A DNA stretch of 64,000 nucleotides from Deltaproteobacteria bacterium (lineage in GTDB: Bacteria > Desulfobacterota > GWC2-55-46 > JAJCZF01). Positions within the stretch are counted from its first letter, which is position 1. Every line of letters begins with the position of its first letter. Positions 8,795-18,014 of the stretch are shown one piece after another. A program made the position numbers and the translations under genes. A model generated the notes under the pieces. It did not search any database. It was not told where the DNA came from and worked only from the letters and a program-made list of their open reading frames with translations. The stretch covers positions 8,395-72,394 of the forward strand of contig JAJCZF010000074.1 in the NCBI GenBank assembly GCA_029262535.1. Direction: 5' to 3'.

Positions 8795-10222
8795 GTGGAC
8801 GAATTCTTTAAAGTAAAAAAGAGAGAAAACAGGATACTTTCAAATAAGAGCAACCGTCGTGTCAAGGGCCGTAGTGGCCTTCGCAGGCGGCTCTTCGTCC
8901 TATGCGCGCTCGTATTTGTAGCGGTCTTATCGTTCTTTCTGCTTGGCGATCCCTATGCCACTTCGCAAGAGGCCGTCGCCTCCAAGGAACCGGCACGCGA
9001 ACCCGGCGTGGTCGAGCGAGTTGTAAATTCCGTTGATAAAAAACCCTATATAGTTGCTGAGGACGAGCCAGCACCGGAAGTTGCGCAGGAGTCTCAGAAG
9101 CCCTCCTTTACCACGGTCGAGCTTTCTATTAAAAAGAACGACACCCTCTACAATCTGCTCCGTGACTTGAAGGTTCCGCCGGAAGATATAATAAATGTCG
9201 CCAAATCCTCACGTAAAGTCTACGATCTCAGAAAACTTAGAAGCGGCGACCTCCTAAAGGTCTCGCTTGATTCCAGTGAAGATCTCGATTCCATTGAATT
9301 TAGATATGCCGATTTCGAGTCGATGATAATCGAACGCGACCCGGACGCAAGTCACGGCTTTACCGCCGCGAAGTATGAGGTTCCCCATTATTCTGAAGAG
9401 GCCCTTGTACAAGGAGAGATCACAAACAGCCTCTATGAATCGGCGCTTCGCGCCGGCACCGATCCCAAGGTCATCATGGACCTTACCGATATATTCGCAT
9501 GGGACGTTGACTTCGCCACCGACATACGCAAGGGCGATACCTTTAAGATACTTTTTGAGACTGTCTTTGTCGAGGGCATACCGCTTCGCACAGGGCCTAT
9601 CCTTGCCGCCGAGGTTGAAAATCGTGGCAAGAAGTATACGGCAATCTACTACAAAAACTCAAAAGGGCGCGGCGACTATTATGACGCAAACGGCAAGACG
9701 CTCACGCGTACGCTTTTAAAATCCCCGCTTCGTTTCTCAAGAATATCGAGCCATTTTTCAAAGAAGCGTTATCACCCGATACTCAAGAGATATAAACCGC
9801 ATCACGGCATAGATTACGCAGCACCTACCGGCACGCCCGTCGAGACCTCCGGAGACGGTAAGGTCGTATACGCAGGATGGAAGGGCGGCTACGGCAAGTA
9901 TGTAAAGATCAAGCATAACTCCACCTACTCCACGGTCTATGCGCATCTGTCCAGGATAGGCAAGGGAATTAGAAAAGGCGCGCGCGTAAAACAGGGACAG
10001 GTCATCGGTAAGGTCGGAAAGACCGGGCGGGTGACCGGTCCGCACCTGCACTACGAGGTAGTAGTGCGAGGCAAGGTCGTAAACCCGCTCTCGGTAAAAA
10101 GCAAGGCCAGAAAGTCACTCAAAGGCGACGAGAAAACACGTTTTTCACAACTGAAAAATAATGTAATGGCCAAACTTGAAGGAAACGACCCCTCCATAAT
10201 AGTCGCTATGGCCGATAACTAA
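8795..10222 (+). CDS. M23-family murein endopeptidase (MepM-like)
   Basis: N-terminal TM segment, OapA/LysM-like segment, and zinc ligands HHGIDYAAPTGTPV and GPHLHYEV. GTG start. Confidence 0.85.
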   Translation: MDEFFKVKKRENRILSNKSNRRVKGRSGLRRRLFVLCALVFVAVLSFFLLGDPYATSQEAVASKEPAREPGVVERVVNSVDKKPYIVAEDEPAPEVAQESQKPSFTTVELSIKKNDTLYNLLRDLKVPPEDIINVAKSSRKVYDLRKLRSGDLLKVSLDSSEDLDSIEFRYADFESMIIERDPDASHGFTAAKYEVPHYSEEALVQGEITNSLYESALRAGTDPKVIMDLTDIFAWDVDFATDIRKGDTFKILFETVFVEGIPLRTGPILAAEVENRGKKYTAIYYKNSKGRGDYYDANGKTLTRTLLKSPLRFSRISSHFSKKRYHPILKRYKPHHGIDYAAPTGTPVETSGDGKVVYAGWKGGYGKYVKIKHNSTYSTVYAHLSRIGKGIRKGARVKQGQVIGKVGKTGRVTGPHLHYEVVVRGKVVNPLSVKSKARKSLKGDEKTRFSQLKNNVMAKLEGNDPSIIVAMADN

Positions 10223-10239
10223 GGTAGTTGTAAACTTCC

Positions 10240-10390
10240 GCGAGGGAAACTTTCTGAAGAAAGGCACTACCGTGCGGTTAAGATTTGAATCAAGTCAGTA
10301 TCGCTGAAGGTAGTTTATACCAGGGGTTAAGCAGTGTACAGTTGCCCCACCGCAGGTGGCTCTCAGACCTCTTTCAAAAATTTTTAATAT
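10240..10390. repeat. Copy B of the ~150-nt conserved non-coding element
   Basis: Same conserved 5' and 3' blocks as 21..166, and it is also followed by a strong hairpin. Confidence 0.7.
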
Positions 10391-10395
10391 TAAAA

Positions 10396-10434
10396 AGCCC
10401 GTAACCCCCTTATATGGGGGCTACGGGCTTTTTG
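10396..10434. terminator. Bidirectional intrinsic terminator between convergent genes
   Basis: The stem agcccgtaaccccc / gggggctacgggct has 14 bp with 1 mismatch and a ttatat loop. It has an A-run upstream and TTTTT downstream, and it sits between the 8795..10222(+) and 10543..10929(-) genes. Confidence 0.7.
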
Positions 10435-10542
10435 GTGTTAGAAGTTTTCGACGGAAGCCTGAGAGGAAAACGTTTTACAAAAAGATTTCCCCCGGCAACC
10501 TTTACAGTAGCAAGAGATGAAAAGATAAGAATAGAAAACAGG

Positions 10543-10929
10543 CTATTTTTCTAGAGGTCCTTTGTAGCGGCGCATCCCGCCGCGCAGGTTGTATACCTTT
10601 TTAAAGCCGTTTTCAAGCAAGAGGGCCGAGAGGTCGTCTCCCATAGGTCCGCCGTGGCAGACGAATAGGATATTGTCCTTCGGAGAAAGCTCTTTTACAA
10701 CGCGCTCGTGGGAGCCGTAGTAGGGGATATTTATCGCGCCGGGGATATGTCCGGCTTCGTAAAGTTCTACCTCCCGAACGTCAACGATTGTAAAGGCCGC
10801 GCCGTCAGCGCGCATATTAAGAAACTCGTTTGATGTAATCTTCTTGTGCCCGGCGGCGTAAGAGCCTGTTGCGGCCATGAGGAGAAAGACGATAAGAGGT
10901 ATTGTCGCTATAAGAATTTTCTTTTGCAT
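10543..10929 (-). CDS. Secreted rhodanese-domain sulfurtransferase
   Basis: Signal peptide ending SYAAG, a rhodanese fold and the active-site loop CHGGPMG. Confidence 0.8.
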   Translation of the reverse strand: MQKKILIATIPLIVFLLMAATGSYAAGHKKITSNEFLNMRADGAAFTIVDVREVELYEAGHIPGAINIPYYGSHERVVKELSPKDNILFVCHGGPMGDDLSALLLENGFKKVYNLRGGMRRYKGPLEK

Positions 10930-11010
10930 GATTCAGTCCTTTGGTGAAAAATGTTATAGTACAGTATAGCCTATAAGCGCGATTCTTCCAAGTTATAGGT
11001 CTTTATAAAA

Positions 11011-11044
11011 GCTTCTTCGCAAAAATAAGACCACACTTGTGTGG
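11011..11044 (-). repeat. Degenerate copy of the CACAC-NN-GTGTG / TATTTCGCG motif family
   Basis: The plus strand reads cttcgcaaaaataagaccacacttgtgtgg, which aligns with the array units ccgcgaaataagagcacacctgtgtgcc. Confidence 0.4.
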
Positions 11045-11133
11045 CGTGAAATTGGCTCCGCACACTGCGCGTTAAGATATTAGCTAAAATAGGAAAAAGT
11101 CAAAAAACCAACCTATAGAGAGGGGTATTTTTA

Positions 11134-11739
11134 GTGGTAAAAAAAGAGATAAAATATACTAAATACCAATCGCCGGTGGGAACGATATTTCTTGCGGTTT
11201 CGAGCAAGGGCTTGCTCTCTCTCTTCTTTACCGAATCGGAGAGTGAGTTTCTTGATACGATGCAAAAGAAGTATGGAGAAAAGCCGGAGTCCTACTCTCT
11301 TTCTTTTGGTAAAATATTTAATCTGCTCGATAGATATTTTAACGGAGAAGCGGTGGAGTTCGATATCAAGATCGATCTTGCCGGAACCCCGTTTAGGCAG
11401 TCTGTTTGGGCGGAATTAAGAAAGATTCCCTATGGCAGCACATTGACCTACGGTCAGGTGGCGCGCGTCGTGGGAAATCCCGCTGCGTCAAGGGCCGTTG
11501 GCGGTGCGTGCGGAGCGAACCCCTTGCCCGTGGTTGTGCCGTGCCACAGGGTGGTCGCTTCCGGTGGAGGGCTCGGCGGTTATAGCGCGGGCGAAGGCCT
11601 TGTACTTAAGAAAAAACTGTTGCTGATTGAGGGTGTGAAGACTTTTAAGAGAAAAGCTTTTTCCGGTGGAGGGGACTACTTAAGTGTTGCTAATATTCTG
11701 ACGTTCGGGTTTCCCTCGGCGTTTTTAAGGGATACGTAA
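11134..11739 (+). CDS. ogt: Methylated-DNA--protein-cysteine methyltransferase
   Basis: Active site VVPCHRVV and the TYGQVA helix. GTG start. The C-terminal tail overlaps the convergent gene by 64 nt. Confidence 0.85.
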   Translation: MVKKEIKYTKYQSPVGTIFLAVSSKGLLSLFFTESESEFLDTMQKKYGEKPESYSLSFGKIFNLLDRYFNGEAVEFDIKIDLAGTPFRQSVWAELRKIPYGSTLTYGQVARVVGNPAASRAVGGACGANPLPVVVPCHRVVASGGGLGGYSAGEGLVLKKKLLLIEGVKTFKRKAFSGGGDYLSVANILTFGFPSAFLRDT

Positions 11740-12122
11740 CCGATGGCGCCCTTGTTCTTCGATACGCGGCGAATAACCAGGCGTTGGCTCTTTACGGTGT
11801 GAGGCGGGTTAATGGCCTGATTGGTTATCTTTTTATGGGCCCATTCTTGCGCGACCTTGCTTGGTGTCTTTCCGAGTATCCTTCTGGAAAAGAGGCTTCG
11901 CGCGGCGCTCTCGACACTGAGGTCGTATAGGATGACCGGGGCTCCGCCGGGCCACTTTAGGATGTTGTTAACGTACATCTTCTTGAGCATATTATTATTT
12001 ATATTTGTGGCGGCATTGTCGTTATGAACTATGACGGCCACTGGCTCGGCCGCATACGAAACGGTAAATGAGGCTAGCGAGAAGGTCACGAGAATCGCAA
12101 CTATGTAAAGACGTTTTAACAC
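11676..12122 (-). CDS. Small periplasmic PBP-like (PstS-family-like) protein
   Basis: Signal peptide ending SYAAE, then a single-lobe PBP_like pattern (VIVHNDN.., IGYVS). The GTG start lies 3 nt after the porin stop. Confidence 0.55.
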   Translation of the reverse strand: MLKRLYIVAILVTFSLASFTVSYAAEPVAVIVHNDNAATNINNNMLKKMYVNNILKWPGGAPVILYDLSVESAARSLFSRRILGKTPSKVAQEWAHKKITNQAINPPHTVKSQRLVIRRVSKNKGAIGYVSLKNAEGNPNVRILATLK

Positions 12123-12125
12123 CCG

Positions 12126-13388
12126 TTACAGGTCCCCTATGGCTATGACTATTGAGCTTATGAACTGGTAGTAGTCTTCGTCTGTTGGGTCGTCGAATTT
12201 GTTCTTATGGTATTCTACTTTGCCTATTACGTTGTGGGCGAAGTGATAATTGAGAGCGCCTGTGTAACGTTTATGTACGGCGTCGGTTTTTGAATCGTTC
12301 TTGTCGTACCAGTCGTAGCGGCCGGCTAATGTCCACTTCCCTATATCGTACTGCGCTTCAGCGAACCAGCTTGTGTCGCTATAGTCGGTTAAACCCGCGC
12401 CGGGGTTGTTGTCGCGCGTAGCGTACTCGGTCAAGAGAGCCAGATTATCGTACTCGCCACGCAGATGCACAGAGTAGGAGTTTCTCCTGACCTTGTCATT
12501 GTCTTTTTCTCCGTAAAAGGAGACGCCTATGTCGATGCGGTCCAGAATATCGGGTGAGTAGTTAATTCGCGCGCCGACGGCCCTGTTTTGGTTTTTGTCG
12601 CCAAAGCCGTTGTTGCCCCTGCCGTTAACTACATAGAGGTGCGTATTTAAGAGCGAGCCAGCAATGGAAAAAGACTTTCTTAGCTGTATGCCGTCTGAAG
12701 ATTTTGGAAAGACCGTCTTTATCATCATCGGCTTTACCTGTGTCGGTACGTAGGGGTTGTAGTGGAAAATATTCCAGTAGCCTGCCGGGGTGATGAAGCG
12801 GCCGAAACGCAGGTCAAGGTCGAGCATAGGCTGATACTCGACGTAGAGCTGTTCGGCTAAAATCTTTCCGTGCGCCTCTTTGACGGTATTGGATGAGCGG
12901 TCTGTGTCTACAAGAGGCGCGTCCTCGAACTCGATTTCACTAAAGAGCTTCCATTTTTCCTGTATATCTTTTTTGAAAAAGAGGCTGAGGTGGTGCAGGC
13001 GAAAGCCATTACTCTCACTCTTGGAGTCGGTGATGCCGTATTCGATATCGGCGTACCCGCTGATATTGACCAGCCCGGCCAAGAGGTTGTAGCGGCTCTC
13101 TTCGGCCTCGCTTTCAACGATTTCGATGCGTTCGAGCAGCTCGTTCTGTTTAGTCGAATTATGATGATCCTGTGAGGCCTCCGCAGCTTCGTGCTGGTTG
13201 GTGAGCGTCTCTATTTGACCAAGCCGGTCTTTGAGCCTTTCGTTTTCCTTCTTGAGGCGTAAAAGCTCTTGCTCAAGCCTGTCGAGGCGGTCTCCATCCG
13301 ATACTGCGAAGACAGGAGCGGCAAGGGTTGCGGTAGATAGCGAGAAGATAATAAGCGCCAAAAATGTGATAAAAGTAGTTTTTTTCAT
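12126..13388 (-). CDS. Outer-membrane porin with N-terminal coiled coil
   Basis: Signal peptide, a heptad segment LDRLEQELLRLKKENERLKDRLGQIE, then alternating beta-strand pattern through the rest of the protein. Confidence 0.6.
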   Translation of the reverse strand: MKKTTFITFLALIIFSLSTATLAAPVFAVSDGDRLDRLEQELLRLKKENERLKDRLGQIETLTNQHEAAEASQDHHNSTKQNELLERIEIVESEAEESRYNLLAGLVNISGYADIEYGITDSKSESNGFRLHHLSLFFKKDIQEKWKLFSEIEFEDAPLVDTDRSSNTVKEAHGKILAEQLYVEYQPMLDLDLRFGRFITPAGYWNIFHYNPYVPTQVKPMMIKTVFPKSSDGIQLRKSFSIAGSLLNTHLYVVNGRGNNGFGDKNQNRAVGARINYSPDILDRIDIGVSFYGEKDNDKVRRNSYSVHLRGEYDNLALLTEYATRDNNPGAGLTDYSDTSWFAEAQYDIGKWTLAGRYDWYDKNDSKTDAVHKRYTGALNYHFAHNVIGKVEYHKNKFDDPTDEDYYQFISSIVIAIGDL

Positions 13389-13478
13389 GTCCGTTCCATT
13401 TTCGTCGTAATGGGCTATGACCGTATCGGGATCATATTTTTAAAGATAAATAGTACAATAAGGTCTCTGAAACATCAA

Positions 13479-15275
13479 CTATATTATAATGGCGGCGTCC
13501 GTGTTATTTTTGGAAGTAGGGAACTTCATGATAAAGGCCGTGCCCTTGTCCGGGCCGCTGTCCACATCTATGGTTCCCCCGTACTTGGTTACTATCCTGT
13601 AGACTACATAGAGGCCGAGTCCGGTGCCGCTACCGGCAGGTTTGGTGGTGAAGAAGGGGTCGAATATCTGGCTAAGGTATTTTGCGGGTATGCCGTGGCC
13701 CGTGTCGGCTATCTCGACAACGGCCATATTGCCCTCTCTTTTACAGTTGAGCGTTAGGCGTCCCTCTTGTTTCATGGCGTGGATGGCGTTTACTATAAGA
13801 TTTACGAAAACCTGTTGTAATTCTCCGCCGTTTGCCAGTATGTAGAGTCCCTCTTCAAGCTCTTCCGATACACTTATTGACATGAGCGGAGCCGCGTGTT
13901 TGGCCATCTTAAGAGAGCCCTTGAGTACGTCTGCGACGTCCATGGTCGAGGTTGCTTCATTACGCGCGGCGCGTGAGTAGGTCGATAGCTCTCTTACGAT
14001 GGAGCTGGCGTTTATCGAGTACTTAATAATATCGTCGGTGTAGCTCTTGACGAGCTCCATGTCATCTTCGTCTTTTATGGCCTCCGCCATTCCGAGTATG
14101 CCGGCGAGCGGATTGTTGATTTCGTGCGCTATGCCGGAGGCGAGCGTGCCGATACCGGCAAGCTTTTCGCTCTGAAGCAGCTTGAATTGTAGCATTTTTT
14201 GTTCGGAGATATCTTTTCCGATACCGACCGAGCCGATTATCTCATCGCGGTCGTTGACGAGTGTTGATAGCGACATGGAGACGTCCAGCACCTTGCCGCT
14301 CTTGGCCCTGAGCTTGACCTCCTTGTTGCGTGTGGCCCAGATGCCGCTCTTATCCGGGTTAACCAGCGTCGTTCTGATCTCCGGGTTTTCATAAAGCATG
14401 AGCACGCTCTCGCCGCCGACCTCTTCCTTGGTGTATTCGAGGGCCTGTTGGGCCTCCATGTTGAATTCGACGATATTACCCCTCGTATCGGTCGTTACGA
14501 TAAGCGCCTTTGAGTTGTCGAGGATGAGTTCCAGATAACGTTTTGTATCGTCAAGGTCGTGGTATGTTGACTGAAGGCTCTTGTTACTTTCGTTTATCTG
14601 CGTTAGCAGTTTGTTCTTGTCCTTAATAATTGCGCCGATTACGAGTACCGCGATGAGCGGTAGAGTGATGATAATACCGAGAAACCATATAAAGGTCTGG
14701 ACCGTATCGAGCACCGCAAAGTCTTCTTTGGTTGAGACGGAGAACTTCAATACCCCAAGTAACTCGCCCTCGTTTGAGTGGCACTTCAGGCAGCTTCCGC
14801 TTGCAAGCAGCGGTTCGTATCTTTCGTAGCTGGTCTCTTTGTGGTTAAAAAAGCCCGTCATATTGGAGGTTGAAAGAACCTTGTTGAACTGTTCCCGGTT
14901 GCCGTCATGAAGGGACCTTCGAATTTCGCCTTCCGTTGTGCCGGGATCGGCGAAACCATAGTCTGGATTGTCGAAACTTTCTTTGCCGTCCTTGCCGTAG
15001 ATGCCTATCTCGCTAACACCGATGAGGCTTGCGTACTCGATAATATTTTCATAGGCCTCCCCGTCATGGCCGTTGTTCATGAGGTTTATGGAGGCCCGGC
15101 TTATCAGGTCGGAGATCAGTTCGGTCTGTTCGACGACCCTGATGGTTACCCTGTCTTTCAGGCGGTGGTTGGAGTATATGAATAGAAATACGACCGCCAC
15201 CATAAAGGCCATGATGGCGATTACCAGATAGTTAAGGGTATTTCTGCTGTCGAATATTTTATTGCGGATCTTCAA
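13479..15275 (-). CDS. Sensor histidine kinase: periplasmic domain with CxxCH heme-c motif, PAS, HisKA, HATPase
   Basis: Two TM segments flank a ~150-aa loop containing CLKCH (nt 14778-14792). H-box SGIAHEINNPL, N-box NLIVNAIHAM, G-boxes DTGHGI and GTGLGL. Confidence 0.85.
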   Translation of the reverse strand: MKIRNKIFDSRNTLNYLVIAIMAFMVAVVFLFIYSNHRLKDRVTIRVVEQTELISDLISRASINLMNNGHDGEAYENIIEYASLIGVSEIGIYGKDGKESFDNPDYGFADPGTTEGEIRRSLHDGNREQFNKVLSTSNMTGFFNHKETSYERYEPLLASGSCLKCHSNEGELLGVLKFSVSTKEDFAVLDTVQTFIWFLGIIITLPLIAVLVIGAIIKDKNKLLTQINESNKSLQSTYHDLDDTKRYLELILDNSKALIVTTDTRGNIVEFNMEAQQALEYTKEEVGGESVLMLYENPEIRTTLVNPDKSGIWATRNKEVKLRAKSGKVLDVSMSLSTLVNDRDEIIGSVGIGKDISEQKMLQFKLLQSEKLAGIGTLASGIAHEINNPLAGILGMAEAIKDEDDMELVKSYTDDIIKYSINASSIVRELSTYSRAARNEATSTMDVADVLKGSLKMAKHAAPLMSISVSEELEEGLYILANGGELQQVFVNLIVNAIHAMKQEGRLTLNCKREGNMAVVEIADTGHGIPAKYLSQIFDPFFTTKPAGSGTGLGLYVVYRIVTKYGGTIDVDSGPDKGTAFIMKFPTSKNNTDAAIII

Positions 15276-15625
15276 CTATTATTCAATGACTTGGAGACTA
15301 TATCGAGAAGTTCTCTCTTAAGAAATGGCTTGCTGAGGTACCCTACGTTACCTGTAGCCGTTACCTCGCTTATGAGATCTTCATTCATGAAACCGGAGAC
15401 GGCTACTATAGGTGTGTTTTTGCAGTTCTTTCTCACGGAACGGATGATATCCACCCCGGAGATGTCCGGTAGCTTCAGGTCGCAGAGCACCAGGTCGAAG
15501 GCGCCGGAGATGGCGAACTCAAGCCCTTCGCTTCCGGTTGAGCACTGTGTAACTTCATATCCGGCGTGCGTGAGATGAAGATTCAGGACCATCCTGATGG
15601 AGCTTTCGTCGTCTATGACAAGCAC
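15272..15625 (-). CDS. Single-domain response regulator (REC)
   Basis: MLVIDDE, DLVLCDLKLPD and SKP receiver signature. It overlaps the kinase start by 4 nt. Confidence 0.85.
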   Translation of the reverse strand: MLVIDDESSIRMVLNLHLTHAGYEVTQCSTGSEGLEFAISGAFDLVLCDLKLPDISGVDIIRSVRKNCKNTPIVAVSGFMNEDLISEVTATGNVGYLSKPFLKRELLDIVSKSLNNS

Positions 15626-15678
15626 CTTCTTTTTATTATTCTCGGAAATGACAAGTCCCCTTTAAGGTATCAAACCTA

Positions 15679-16797
15679 CTATTCGTATAACTTTTCATTT
15701 ACAAATATATCTACAATTTCGGGGTCTAACTGCGAGCCTGAGACCCTCTTAAGCTCTTCGATTATAACATCCAGGCCGAGCCCCTTTCGATAGGGGCGTG
15801 TGGTGTGCATGGCGTCGAATAGGTCGGCCACAGAGATTATTCTGGCCATTAGCGGAATATCGTCACCCTTAAGTCCACGCGGATAACCCGAGCCGTCGAA
15901 GTTTTCATGGTGAGAGCCGACGACCCTTGCAACCGGCCCCATCAGGGTAATGGATTCAAGTATCTTTTCGCCTACCTGTGAATGTTCGCGCATATGCTGA
16001 AGCTCTTCTTCGGTAAGTCTGCCCTCTTTGTTGAGTATGGCCTCTTTTGTGCTCACCTTGCCGAGGTCGTGCAAGAGGGTAGCGTACTCAAGGACCTCCA
16101 TCTCTTCTTCGGAGAGTTTTAATAGTTGCCCTATCTTTAGGCACAGCTCTTTCATGCGGTCGCAGTGTCCGCGAGTATATGTATCCTTGGCCTCGATGGT
16201 CTCGGCCATGACGCCGACGAACTGCATATTGGCCTCTTTTAAAAGTTCGTTGGCGCGTTTAAGTTCGACCGCCTTTTCGCTAAGCTCTTTTGTGCGTGCC
16301 TTGACTTTATCTTCGAGGTAGAACTGGTACTCTTTGTTTTGCCGCTCAAGTTCCGTGTTTCTCTCAAGAAGGTCTCTGTAGACCAGTGCGCGTTTGATGG
16401 TGTCTAGAAGCTCGGCCTTCTTAACCGGCTTCATGACGTAGTCGAAAGCGCCCTTTTTCATTATATCTATTGCGATGGATATGTCGGTGAGGCCGGTGAG
16501 CATGATGACGGGTACTGTCTCCATATTGGAGCGGACATACTCAAGGACCTTGTATCCGTCGATCTCCGGCATGGTGATGTCTGAAATAACGAGATCGAAG
16601 TTTGCGACGTTAAGGTCGTCATAAACGCGGTTGCCGCCGGGTGACTCAATAACGTCGTAGCCCTCTTTTGCGAGGTGGGTCTTCAGGACCTTGCGTATGA
16701 ACTCTTCGTCGTCTACGATAAAGATAGAGCGCCTTTCAACCGATTCGGTATTGTCGTGGCTCTCTTCTTTTTCCGGTGTCTGGTACCGACTCTCCAT
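15679..16797 (-). CDS. Response regulator with HD-GYP c-di-GMP phosphodiesterase domain (RpfG-like)
   Basis: REC (FIVDDE, DLVISDITMPEIDG), a coiled linker, and HD-GYP motifs LLHDLGK and HHENFDGSGYP. Confidence 0.85.
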   Translation of the reverse strand: MESRYQTPEKEESHDNTESVERRSIFIVDDEEFIRKVLKTHLAKEGYDVIESPGGNRVYDDLNVANFDLVISDITMPEIDGYKVLEYVRSNMETVPVIMLTGLTDISIAIDIMKKGAFDYVMKPVKKAELLDTIKRALVYRDLLERNTELERQNKEYQFYLEDKVKARTKELSEKAVELKRANELLKEANMQFVGVMAETIEAKDTYTRGHCDRMKELCLKIGQLLKLSEEEMEVLEYATLLHDLGKVSTKEAILNKEGRLTEEELQHMREHSQVGEKILESITLMGPVARVVGSHHENFDGSGYPRGLKGDDIPLMARIISVADLFDAMHTTRPYRKGLGLDVIIEELKRVSGSQLDPEIVDIFVNEKLYE

Positions 16798-16931
16798 AAC
16801 CTGCTCATTCCTCGGGAGTAAAAGATTCTTGATGAAAAAAATAATTATAGTACGAGCACTGAATATTTTACCTTAAAGACGTTGAATTTTCAAACTTTTT
16901 AACTGCGAAGTCCTTGAGCGAGGCGGTAGTC

Positions 16932-17297
16932 TTAAGGGAGCTTATAGATGGGCGCGCCGGGGTGGAAGGACTCCCATACGAACCAGTAGGTAAGAACCGT
17001 ATCGATTTGCTTGCCGTCCCGGCCGGTAATGTAGGCCTCGCGGGACTCGACTTCATAGTGCAGGAGGATCTCTTGCCCTGCGAAACTGTCCATGGCCGGT
17101 CCCTTGAGTTCTTTGAGCGCGGAGACGGGATAGGCCTTGAAGAGACCGTCGAGAGTAAGCCCCATAACCAGCTCTTTCGCCTTTAAACCCCTCTTCTTGA
17201 GTGGAAAGCCGATAAAGGCAAACGGGTTTTTATGATAACTTCGGTATGGGTCGCGCGTGTAGTTGCGCCTGTGGCCTGTCTTAATTGAAAAAGCTCT
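16932..17297 (-). pseudogene. C-terminal remnant of a DUF3179-family gene
   Basis: The frame is open from 17297, with an in-frame stop just upstream. It reads ..RRNYTRDPYRSYHKNPFAFIGFPLKKRGLKAKELVMGLTLDG...TYWFVWESFHPGAPIYK, which resembles the C-terminal half of DUF3179 proteins. There is no N-terminal half and no credible start other than an internal ATG. Confidence 0.5.
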
Positions 17298-17323
17298 TCA
17301 CTGGACTGATCCTTTCGGTTCCG

Positions 17324-17995
17324 TTAAACGTGCTTGTGTCCTTTGCGCCTCTTGTAGATTATGGGTATGAGCGAGACGGCGATAACGAGTACGATGCCGA
17401 TGATAAAGGTCGGAGATATCCGTCCTCTGAAGATATCCAAAAGCGAGCTGGAAAAGACTACATAGGCTACTGCTCCGGGCAGCATGAATATAAAAGAGGC
17501 CAGCACGTAGTGAGAAAGTCTAATCTTTGTCAGGCCGAATGCGTAATTGAGAAAGTTAAATGGGAATAGCGGTATAAGGCGCGTAAATGCCACGACCTTC
17601 CAGCCCTGGTCGGCGACCTTCGCGTCCAGTTCCTTTAGGCGCGTGCCGCCAAAGCTCTTGAGTTTTGCTTCGACCCACTCCCTGCCCATGTAGCGCGATA
17701 TCAGAAATGCCAGCGTCGCCCCGCCCGTTGCGCTAAATATTACGTAGACCGTGCCCCATACCGGGCCGAAGAGTATACCGCCGATAACGGTTATGGGCAG
17801 GCCCGGCAGCATCAGGCTCGGCGCTATGAGGTATATCAGCATAAAGACTACCGGCCCCCAGAGACCGGCGTTTTCGATTACAGCTTTCAGTTCTTCTTCG
17901 TTTAGATAGCCGGTAAGGCCGAACCAGCGAAGCCCTAGCGAAGCGGTCACGATGAAGGCGATGAGTATTATAAATTTTATTGACGATTTCTTCAT
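17324..17995 (-). CDS. DedA/TVP38/TMEM64-family membrane protein
   Basis: Multi-TM protein with the SNARE-associated pattern (GLPITVIGGILFGPVWG, FTRLIPLFPFNFLNYAFG). Confidence 0.8.
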   Translation of the reverse strand: MKKSSIKFIILIAFIVTASLGLRWFGLTGYLNEEELKAVIENAGLWGPVVFMLIYLIAPSLMLPGLPITVIGGILFGPVWGTVYVIFSATGGATLAFLISRYMGREWVEAKLKSFGGTRLKELDAKVADQGWKVVAFTRLIPLFPFNFLNYAFGLTKIRLSHYVLASFIFMLPGAVAYVVFSSSLLDIFRGRISPTFIIGIVLVIAVSLIPIIYKRRKGHKHV

Positions 17996-18014
17996 TTTGA
18001 TATCTCGCCTTTGG

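Noticed and set aside
11676-11739. The 64-nt overlap of the convergent ogt and PBP-like genes, as a possible antisense regulatory arrangement.
   Set aside because: It is more simply explained by a non-conserved C-terminal tail on Ogt: the catalytic domain ends well before the overlap. I have no evidence of function.
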